A DNA stretch of 64,000 nt, taken from Pseudomonadota bacterium (lineage in GTDB: Bacteria > Pseudomonadota > Alphaproteobacteria > Caulobacterales > Hyphomonadaceae). Under the pieces are notes generated by a model, which was given only the letters and a program-made list of their open reading frames with translations, ran no database searches and was not told the DNA's origin. Position numbers and translations under genes: made by a program. Shown piece by piece: positions 38,468 to 46,068 of this stretch (position 1 is its first letter; each line of letters begins with the position of its first letter). The stretch covers positions 1,028 to 65,027 of the forward strand of contig JBCBBZ010000011.1 of NCBI GenBank assembly GCA_038531165.1. Reading direction: 5' to 3'.

Positions 38468-40249
38468 ATGATCCGCTACATAATGAGCCTCATAATATGT
38501 TTGGTCTTTCTGCCCCTATATTCGGCGGCGCAAATTGAGCGCCCAAACTTTGTCGTGATTGTTGTTGATGACGCCGCGCTGATGGATTTCGGCGTTTATG
38601 GCGGCGAAGCCTCGACCCCTCATATTGACGATTTGGCCGGAAGCGGGATGCTTTTTAAGCAACACCGGGCCACACCGTTTTGCGCCCCGAGCCGCGCTAT
38701 GCTCATGACCGGCTTAGACAATCATCTCGCTGGCTTTGGAACCATTCCAGAAGTCTTGCCCCCGGAGCATCGCGGCCAACCTGGTTACATGATGGCGCTT
38801 GAACCTGGCGTCGAAACCATTGCGACAAAACTTAAGCGAGCGGGCTACCGTACCTATACGACTGGCAAATGGCATCTTGGGCATGGACCTGGCGAATTGC
38901 CGGACTCTCATGGTTTTGATCGCTCTTTCGTCCTCGATGCCTCGGGCGCGGACAGCTGGGAAGATAAGCCTTACTTGCCCTATTACAAAGAAGCGCCCTG
39001 GTTTGAGGATGGCGAACCCGCCGACCTGCCGGCGGAGTTCTACTCCTCTACCTTCATTGCCGACACGATGCAGGCTTATCTCGAAGCAGATCAAGACAGC
39101 CCTGAACCGTTTTTCGCCTATCTGTCCTTTTACTCGAACCACATTCCAGTCCAGGCGCCGCGCGAATACACTGAAAAATATATCGACACCTATGAGAGCG
39201 GTTGGAATGACCTGCGCCAAAATCGATGGCAACGCGCGCAAGCGCTTGGCCTCGTGCGAGACGGGGCACCGCGTGCGGAGCAACCCGAAACGATCCCGCG
39301 TTGGGAGGCGCTGACGCAGGCCGAACAACAGATCGCCGCGAAGAGCTTAGCCGTTCATGCCGGAGCCTTGGAAGCCATGGATGCTGAGCTTGGTGAGTTC
39401 ATCGCCTATCTCAAAAGTACAGGACAATTCGAAAACACTGTCTTTGTTGTTTCATCTGACAATGGACCAGAAGCTGGCGACCCGTGGGGTACGCAGCTTC
39501 AATTCTGGTTCGATCTTATGGGATATCATCGCGACTATGAGACGCTCGGGGAAAAAGGGAGCTATGTCGCAATTGGATCAGGCGGCGCGAGCGCAGCCGC
39601 AGGCCCTAATCACTTGTTTAAATTTCACGCAGGCGATGGCGGCCTTAGGGTCCCGCTAATCCTTTCAGGGCCCGGCATACCGGTTGCTGAAAACGTCAAT
39701 GAGTTCACTTTGATGGCTGATATTGCACCGACTTTGTTAGACCTCGCCAATGTAACCGACACACCGCCCGCCGGCACCAAACCGTTTACAGGTCGCTCCC
39801 TCGCGCCGCTTCTCAAGGGTGCCGCCAATTATGTCTACGGCCCCGAGGATGCTGTTGGCTTCACCACGTCTGGCCAAGCAGCCCTGATCAAAGGAAACTA
39901 CAAGCTTGTCCGCAATTTGCCCCCGCATGGCGATAGTGTCTGGCGCTTGTTCGATCTCGCAGAAGACCCCGGCGAAACCATGGATCTGAGCGATGTTTTG
40001 CCTGATTTGAAAGCGGAACTGATGCAAGACTACCGAGCTTATGCGGACCGGGTTGGGGTGCTGGAGCTTCCTGAAGGGTATCAGGTGGAACGACAAATCG
40101 GTCGCAACGTGATGGCCAAACTTTGGCAGTATTACTGGCCGTGGATTGTCGCAGCGGGCTTCACGATCCTCGCGCTTTTCGGTTTGCTCCTTTGGTCTCT
40201 TGCCAAGCTTACGCTCGTCGTTCGACGGCGTATGGCCGCAAACGGATAA
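38468..40249 (+). CDS. Arylsulfatase-family sulfatase (Cys-type), with C-terminal TM helix
   Basis: Signal MIRYIMSLIICLVFLPLYSAAQ. NFVVIVVDDAA; CAPSRAMLMTGL. C-terminal YYWPWIVAAGFTILALFGLLLWSLAKL hydrophobic segment. Confidence 0.85.
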   Translation: MIRYIMSLIICLVFLPLYSAAQIERPNFVVIVVDDAALMDFGVYGGEASTPHIDDLAGSGMLFKQHRATPFCAPSRAMLMTGLDNHLAGFGTIPEVLPPEHRGQPGYMMALEPGVETIATKLKRAGYRTYTTGKWHLGHGPGELPDSHGFDRSFVLDASGADSWEDKPYLPYYKEAPWFEDGEPADLPAEFYSSTFIADTMQAYLEADQDSPEPFFAYLSFYSNHIPVQAPREYTEKYIDTYESGWNDLRQNRWQRAQALGLVRDGAPRAEQPETIPRWEALTQAEQQIAAKSLAVHAGALEAMDAELGEFIAYLKSTGQFENTVFVVSSDNGPEAGDPWGTQLQFWFDLMGYHRDYETLGEKGSYVAIGSGGASAAAGPNHLFKFHAGDGGLRVPLILSGPGIPVAENVNEFTLMADIAPTLLDLANVTDTPPAGTKPFTGRSLAPLLKGAANYVYGPEDAVGFTTSGQAALIKGNYKLVRNLPPHGDSVWRLFDLAEDPGETMDLSDVLPDLKAELMQDYRAYADRVGVLELPEGYQVERQIGRNVMAKLWQYYWPWIVAAGFTILALFGLLLWSLAKLTLVVRRRMAANG

Positions 40250-40261
40250 TACTTTAGTGAA

Positions 40262-40654
40262 TTGGAGAAAAGAATGATTTGGGTTGCACGTATCACAGGA
40301 ACACTGGTCTTCCTGTTTTCAACGCTTTTGGGCGCAGTGGCTTTATTGAACCCGCACCAAGCCGCAGAATCCCTCGGCCTCGCGCCCTTGAGCGATATGG
40401 GGCGAAACTCTGTCCGCGCAGATATTGTCGGCTTTGCCTGGACGGCTGCGCTCCTTAGCGCGGGCGGACTGTTCGCTGGTCGCGGGAAATGGTTTTATGG
40501 CGCGGCTATAGTGTTTGGGATTGCCGTATTCGGGCGCACCTTCGACGTGGTGATCGCCGGCGGCGCCGCTGATGCTCCCCGCGCAATTATCGTGGAACTC
40601 ATCGTCGTGGTGTTTGCCTTGATTGCTGCACGATGGTTGCCGTCTTCCCGCTAG
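40262..40654 (+). CDS. Small integral membrane protein (DUF4345-like?)
   Basis: Four hydrophobic helices. Last gene before IS6 copy 2. The likely real start is ATG 40274. Confidence 0.4.
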   Translation: MEKRMIWVARITGTLVFLFSTLLGAVALLNPHQAAESLGLAPLSDMGRNSVRADIVGFAWTAALLSAGGLFAGRGKWFYGAAIVFGIAVFGRTFDVVIAGGAADAPRAIIVELIVVVFALIAARWLPSSR

Positions 40655-40757
40655 AAGCGAGTTTAGGGGCGCCGGTAGCAGATTCTGCAACACATAGAAT
40701 GAAGGTAGGAGTTTAAATTTTCTTTTGGCACCCTCAAAATTCTCTAGTCGTCTGGCG

Positions 40758-41567
40758 GGAATTGTCAACGGAAAGTGGGCTTTAACCGCCATGCTCTAGC
40801 TTGGGTTCATGACCAAGAACCCATTTCGCTATTTCAAGACGTCGCCCGAGATCATTCAGCTCGCGGTGATGATGTATGTCCGTTTCCCGCTTTCGCTTCG
40901 CAACGTTGAGGACCTTCTGCATGAGCGCGGCATCGATATCTGCCATGAAAGTGTGAGGCTCTGGGTTGATCGTTTTGGTCCGTTCTTCGCCGGGAAGATC
41001 CGAACGAAACGTGCCTCATACATGCGCCAGCACGCTCAATGGCAATGGCACCTGGATGAGGTCTTCGTAAAGATCAATGGTGTCCAGCATTACCTTTGGC
41101 GCGCTGTCGATCATGAGGGCGAAGTTCTGGAAAGCTACGTCACCAAAACCCGGGATAAGCCTGCAGCACTTAGGTTTCTGAAGAAAGCGATGAAGCGATA
41201 TGGATCGCCGCAGATCGTTGTTACGGATCGGCTTCGATCTTATGGCGCCGCAATGAAAGAGATCGGAAACGAAGACCGCCAGGAGGTCGGTCGTCACTTG
41301 AACAATCGAGCAGAGAACAGCCACCTGCCCTTTCGACGACGAGAACGAGCAATGTCCAGGTTTAGGCGAATGTCGAACTTACAGAAGTTCGCTTCAACAC
41401 ACGCCTCCTTCCACAATCACTTCAATCTAGACCGCCACATCAACCATCGTCAGACATTCAAATCGATGAGAAACGTCGCTCTCTTGGAATGGCGCCAGCT
41501 TTTGGCTGGATAAGAACCCCTACCCCAACCGATGCTGGATACTGGTTCGCATTAGACTGACACCACC
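40758..41567 (+). mobile_element. IS6-family insertion sequence, copy 2 (810 bp), same orientation as copy 1
   Basis: IRL is GGAATTGTCAACGGAAAGTG and the reverse complement of IRR is GGTGGTGTCAGTCTAATGCG. About 85% nt identity to copy 1 over the first 120 nt of the CDS that I counted; the encoded protein is about 94% identical. Confidence 0.85.
40809..41513 (+). CDS. IS6-family DDE transposase
   Basis: 234 aa, collinear with the 6111..6815 product. The differences are mostly synonymous at the nt level. Confidence 0.9.
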   Translation: MTKNPFRYFKTSPEIIQLAVMMYVRFPLSLRNVEDLLHERGIDICHESVRLWVDRFGPFFAGKIRTKRASYMRQHAQWQWHLDEVFVKINGVQHYLWRAVDHEGEVLESYVTKTRDKPAALRFLKKAMKRYGSPQIVVTDRLRSYGAAMKEIGNEDRQEVGRHLNNRAENSHLPFRRRERAMSRFRRMSNLQKFASTHASFHNHFNLDRHINHRQTFKSMRNVALLEWRQLLAG

Positions 41568-41666
41568 AGTTGAACCACTCGTTGCACAGCCAGTCAGCGC
41601 CAGGGATCCGCTGAAGCCAGCTGCGTATGCCAAGAAATTGCGGCGGTTTACAGCCCCGCCAAACAT
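41568..41666 (-). pseudogene. 5' fragment of a Tat-exported lipoprotein gene, cut by IS6 copy 2
   Basis: MFGGAVNRRNFLAYAAGFSGSLALTGCATSGSTGG has a twin-arginine motif plus lipobox. It then runs straight into the IS right end. Confidence 0.45.
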
Positions 41667-41779
41667 GGACTCGGCCACACCGGATCTCCTCGTAAATGGC
41701 ACACGAATTTGCCTTGCCGACGTCGCAGCAACTCGCCGAAAACGGGCACGCTTCGGCGCCTCATATCAAGCCGGGGACA

Positions 41780-41914
41780 GCTAGTACTTTTGAGACGCTC
41801 AGTGATGTGCCACGTTATTTCGTCGCCCCTTTGGCGCATCGACGACCTCACCTTAACCGGATCTGCAAGCAGCTCCTGCACCGGCCGGGCCTTATCAATC
41901 CCAGCATCGGTCAT
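41780..41914 (-). pseudogene. Fragment homologous to the C-terminal half of a DUF861-type cupin
   Basis: ...RGDEITWHITERLK aligns with ...KGSKMTWHITERLRK of the 49835..50194 cupin. 23/24 nt are identical (41797..41820 vs 49867..49890). The rest of the 88-aa ORF is Arg-rich and non-homologous. Confidence 0.35.
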
Positions 41915-41949
41915 TGTTCATCCTCTCGCTATAGGTTCGCAGAGGCAGA

Positions 41950-42348
41950 TTAAGCCTCGGCGCCTTGAAGCGTGTTGATGACAACAAATTCTCGATACTT
42001 CTCCGGCATGTGCCAGGTCCCGACATAACCCTCCGGAATCAGCAAGTGATCACCCGCCTTGAACTCCTGCGGTTCGCCGCCCTTCGGCGTGAGGATCAAA
42101 CGGCCTTCAAGCACGTGAACATACTCATCATAGGGAAGCCCATCGATTTGCACGGTTCCTGGATCTGTTTCGAACACATAGGCGGAAATCTTGCCCTCAT
42201 GGAACAAGTGTGTGCTGTAATTGATTGGGGCCTCAGTCGTGATGCCCTCATCCGCTTGAGCCGTTGAAGGGTCGATGACGGTTAGTCCCTCACCCTCCAG
42301 ATAGCTTTGAGCGATACTCATGGGCAGTTTCGTTGGGTCAGCAGGCAT
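41950..42348 (-). CDS. Cupin-domain protein (DUF861/EutQ-like)
   Basis: 132 aa. HVLEGRLILTPKGGEPQEFKAGDHLLIPEGYVGTWHMPEKYREFVVI. Confidence 0.7.
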   Translation of the reverse strand: MPADPTKLPMSIAQSYLEGEGLTVIDPSTAQADEGITTEAPINYSTHLFHEGKISAYVFETDPGTVQIDGLPYDEYVHVLEGRLILTPKGGEPQEFKAGDHLLIPEGYVGTWHMPEKYREFVVINTLQGAEA

Positions 42349-42375
42349 GTCGAATTCCTTCTTTGTTGGTGTGGC

Positions 42376-44256
42376 TTAGGCGAGCTGTTCTTGAACTGCG
42401 CGATGCGCAGCATTGATGGCAGCCTCGAGCGTGGGCACAGCTTCCGAATCGGAATTCGCGATACTGATCCGACCAAAAGCCTTTCTGCCGAGCTCATGCG
42501 GTGCACCGCCTTCGGGCCATTCGGGATCAAAAAGCTCAAACCCGCTATAGGCATAGCCATGTGACCAGCGGTTCAGCGTGATCGCCTCAATGTCGCGGTC
42601 TGCATCAAAGCCATTGGCGCCGAACATACGCGTGAGCTGCCCTTTGATCTCTTCTTCAAAAGCCTCAAAAGGCTTGGTGTAGAGTCCATGTCGCCCCTGG
42701 CGATAGAGTTCGCGCGCGGACTGGAAACCATCGCTCAGTGTCGGCGCCGGCGCGGCCAGCAAATAGACGACCATTGGATCTTCTGGATTGTCTGAGGTCT
42801 CATAGTCGCCGAGACTTGTTGGCGGCACTTTTGTCACAACGTCATACGGGCTCGCCGGACAGTAATACATCTCAGTGTCGCCTGAATAGAAGGCCCGTCC
42901 GTTTTTGAGCAGGACATTGGCGATCACCATGGGCCCCTTCACGCAATAGGCGAGATTCTCTTTCTGTGCCTCTGGCAGATCCGGGCAAAGATACGGGATC
43001 AACGCGTTGTAGCAGGCTAAAATACAGCGTTTCGTTTTAACCCGATACGCCTCACCTTGCTGAACATAGGCGACTGAGACTGTCTGATCCTCGGCCTCTT
43101 GCACGTTCACGACAGTAGAGTTCAAGCGCAACTGCACCGGCCGGTCAGGCTGATCCAACTGGCTGTAGTCGAACCGTGCAGTCAGCAAGTCATCAATCGT
43201 AGAGCCGCTCGCGACCTGTGGGATCAGGCGCCGCACCATTTGGCGCGCCAGTGAGGCATTGCCATCAGGCATCCAGACAATGTCATATCCCTCGTCTTCT
43301 TCAGGGAGATCGAGCGCCGCGAAGGCTACTTCGCCCAACACGTTCAGCCCCGGAAGACCCGACAAGATCCCTTCTCGAACCGATAGGCAGTCAACGCCAA
43401 CCAGATAAGTCAGCCTCATAACGGGTTCGAGTAGCGTACAGGTTTCCGAGGCCAGACCAACATGTTCGGTAATAAAGTTTCGATAGCTGAGTTCTCTCAG
43501 CACGGTCGACAAATCGCCTTCCGGCAATGGGGTTTCCAATGGTCGGCTACCCTCGATGAAGCCGATCAGTTTCGATTGTTCGTCTTCCGAAAGCGGCAGT
43601 GCCTCGACCAATTCGCGGTAGTTGCCCGCACCGTGCCAGGCATAGTTCCAGTTACCATGCACCATGGCACTTTCACGCGTCAGCGGCGCCTCAACAAACA
43701 TGCCGATGTCACCCCCAAAGGTGCTTGCGCCACCCCCAGCGCGGACCCGGTCCAGATCAAAGCCAAGCTCGGTGATCAGATCCGTGGTCTCTGGGGAGTA
43801 GGCATTCGCGTTCTCGAAATTGGCACTGCCACCGGGCCCGAGGATCATTCGCCCCTGAGATTCAAATTCGTTGCGGGTTGCATGTCCGCCAAATTCGCCG
43901 TGATTATCGAGCAGCAGAATACGCGCATCTTCACCGACTTCTTTGCGGTAAAGGTATGCGGCAGCCAAACCGCTTATCCCAGCCCCAACGACGACGAGAT
44001 CATATTCGTCGTCCAGGTCCGTGTATTCCGTTGGCTTCTCCCCCGCCCAAGCCAAAGCATGCGCGACCTCGTATGACCCCTCATGACTACCACGCAATCC
44101 ATTTAACAAGGGCGGGTAATAGTCGTTCGGAAGACCTGGGATGCTCACGGCTTCAGGGGCCGAAGGCGAGACTTGCGAACACGCCGGCAGAGCCGCGCTG
44201 GCCAAGATCAATGCGGAGCCATTTAAATAATCTCGTCGAGTGATGTTGTGCGCCAT
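42376..44256 (-). CDS. Tat-exported FAD-dependent oxidoreductase, spermidine-dehydrogenase (SpdH)-like
   Basis: MAHNITRRDYLNGSALILASAALPAC Tat signal. YYPPLLNGLRGSHEGSYEVAHAL; dinucleotide site DLVVVGAGISGLAAAY. Start taken at ATG 44256 (RBS AGAGGG). Confidence 0.65.
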   Translation of the reverse strand: MAHNITRRDYLNGSALILASAALPACSQVSPSAPEAVSIPGLPNDYYPPLLNGLRGSHEGSYEVAHALAWAGEKPTEYTDLDDEYDLVVVGAGISGLAAAYLYRKEVGEDARILLLDNHGEFGGHATRNEFESQGRMILGPGGSANFENANAYSPETTDLITELGFDLDRVRAGGGASTFGGDIGMFVEAPLTRESAMVHGNWNYAWHGAGNYRELVEALPLSEDEQSKLIGFIEGSRPLETPLPEGDLSTVLRELSYRNFITEHVGLASETCTLLEPVMRLTYLVGVDCLSVREGILSGLPGLNVLGEVAFAALDLPEEDEGYDIVWMPDGNASLARQMVRRLIPQVASGSTIDDLLTARFDYSQLDQPDRPVQLRLNSTVVNVQEAEDQTVSVAYVQQGEAYRVKTKRCILACYNALIPYLCPDLPEAQKENLAYCVKGPMVIANVLLKNGRAFYSGDTEMYYCPASPYDVVTKVPPTSLGDYETSDNPEDPMVVYLLAAPAPTLSDGFQSARELYRQGRHGLYTKPFEAFEEEIKGQLTRMFGANGFDADRDIEAITLNRWSHGYAYSGFELFDPEWPEGGAPHELGRKAFGRISIANSDSEAVPTLEAAINAAHRAVQEQLA

Positions 44257-44364
44257 TAAGCCCTCTTTATTCAATCGTTGTACAAATGAGATGCATCGAA
44301 CAACATGGAAAACTCCGTTCAAAGCCTGACTGACACGCTAGCAGCTATCTGCAACTGTTCAAGT

Positions 44365-44376
44365 TTGTGATCACAA
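44365..44376. promoter_or_regulatory. Motif-B palindrome TTGTGATCACAA
   Basis: Perfect 12-bp palindrome, about 110 bp upstream of the SpdH-like gene start at 44256. Confidence 0.5.
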
Positions 44377-44542
44377 TTTTTTTGACGAATAGGCTCCGAT
44401 AAATAGGCTGTCGATCGATGTTGCAAGAAAGACATATCAATCAATACAGTGCTTTGGGTTGGTGAAGAACGCGAACTTCTCGCTCTAAACAATTTTTGCG
44501 ATCGCACCTGATTTGAGTTTTGATCGTTAAAAGTCTCACGCA

Positions 44543-44887
44543 GGAATTGTCAGCGGAAAGTGAGCTTTGAGCTACATCATTTAGATTCGGTTCTTGACCA
44601 AATCCCCATTTCAACATCTCAGCAACAGGGCAGAGAACAACGACCTACCCTTCCGACGAAGAGAGCGCCCGATGGCGAGACTTCGAAGGATGTCGAACCT
44701 TCAGAAATTCGTTTCGACCCATGCCGCGTTCCACAATCACTTCAACTTAGACCGCCACATCAACCACCGTTCTACATTCAAATCGATGAGAAACGCCGCG
44801 CTCTCGGAATGGCGCGGGCTTCTGGCTGGGAAAGAACCGCTGCGTCGGTCGACGCTGGAGACAGGCTCGCATTAGACAGACAGCACC
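44543..44887 (+). mobile_element. 345-bp internally deleted IS6 derivative (MITE-like) retaining both terminal repeats
   Basis: The left end GGAATTGTCAGCGGAAAGTGAGCTTT and right end ...CGCATTAGACAGACAGCACC align with the full copies. The first ~7 codons are fused to the last ~80 codons (…NRAENNDLPFRRRER…), and the start codon is mutated (TTG). Confidence 0.8.
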
Positions 44888-44893
44888 CATGCT

Positions 44894-46054
44894 TTAGGTT
44901 GTGAGACCAGAAACCAACGCCCGCATCGCTTGAAACGTATTCGCATAGGCGTGGTCATCGGCTGGCGCGGGGTGGGTAGAAAGTTTCACAATGACCATGC
45001 CAGAAGGCTGATGCACGTAAATCGTCTGACCATAGATACCAATACAGACAAGGAGGCCCTCAGACGCGCTTGCCCATGTCTGATTGCTGTAGTGGCCATT
45101 GTCGAACATTGGAGCGTAGTCGGTTTCAGCGAACAACTGCCTCAAGCGCTCGTTGCCGTTCCGTGTCGCTTGAACCCAATTGGCGGGAACGACTTGCTCT
45201 CCGTCTACCATACCGTCGTCCAGGAGCATTTGTCCGAACCGCATCAAGTCCCTGGCGGTGGCGCTAATGCCCGCGCCGCAATACGGAAAGCCTTCCGCAT
45301 CTAAGACAATGTTTGCGTCGTATTCGGGCTTGAGCTTCTGCCATAGGCGCTGCTCCATGAGCTCTTGGACGGGTGTCCGGGTTGCCTCTTCAATCGCCAT
45401 TGCGACCACATTGGTCAATAAAGTGCGATAATGAAGATGCCCACCATTTGGTTGGTCGGTTTCGGTTCGGCTGTACGCATACCTTTTCAGCGATGTTGTC
45501 CCAGCTTTGGACGCAAGATCAGGGCGCCAACCGAGCACCGCAGTTTCGATCCAGAAGTCATCTCCGGGCGAGGCGTAGTCTTCGCTAAAGGTCACCGCGC
45601 CAGTCATGTTTAGCGCCTGATCCAGAGTCGTACCCTGCATCGCCGTACCGGCAAAATCCGGAACGTAATCGGTCAGGGGCGCAGCCGGATCAAGTAGACC
45701 ATCACCAACAAGAATCCCCGCAAGCATTCCAGTAAAAGTCTTCGAAATGGAATTGATCAGATGAAGACTATCAGCCTGCATACCATTTCCATATTGCTCG
45801 AAGATAAGCTTGCCTTCGCGCATGATGAGCAGCGCGTCGGTTTGCGATGCTGCGATGAATTCCGGCAGCGTATGCTGCTCGCGATCCGTGCCACGGAATG
45901 AAATGTGATCGATCGGGAGCGGATCAACGCCCCATGCTGTCGGCTCTGCTGTCCCCTTTCGCAGACGTGCCGTCGGAAAGAGCGATTGAACCTGCTGAAA
46001 GCTTTCGCGGTTGTATGGTGGGGTTAGCCAGTTATCACGCGAAAAGGATCTCAT
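44894..46054 (-). CDS. Serine hydrolase of the beta-lactamase/6-aminohexanoate-dimer hydrolase (NylB)-like family
   Basis: S-x-x-K motif LINSISKTF. The N-terminal NWLTPPYNRESFQQVQSLFPTARL resembles NylB-type amidases as I recall them. Start at ATG 46054 (RBS GGTGGAG), 14 bp after the amine oxidase stop. Confidence 0.7.
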   Translation of the reverse strand: MRSFSRDNWLTPPYNRESFQQVQSLFPTARLRKGTAEPTAWGVDPLPIDHISFRGTDREQHTLPEFIAASQTDALLIMREGKLIFEQYGNGMQADSLHLINSISKTFTGMLAGILVGDGLLDPAAPLTDYVPDFAGTAMQGTTLDQALNMTGAVTFSEDYASPGDDFWIETAVLGWRPDLASKAGTTSLKRYAYSRTETDQPNGGHLHYRTLLTNVVAMAIEEATRTPVQELMEQRLWQKLKPEYDANIVLDAEGFPYCGAGISATARDLMRFGQMLLDDGMVDGEQVVPANWVQATRNGNERLRQLFAETDYAPMFDNGHYSNQTWASASEGLLVCIGIYGQTIYVHQPSGMVIVKLSTHPAPADDHAYANTFQAMRALVSGLTT

Positions 46055-46068
46055 TACGCAGGCTCCAC

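Noticed and set aside
38714-39328. 204-aa minus and 171-aa plus ORFs within sulfatase 2
   Set aside because: They are nested in a CDS that carries the sulfatase signature. Both are Arg-rich shadow frames.
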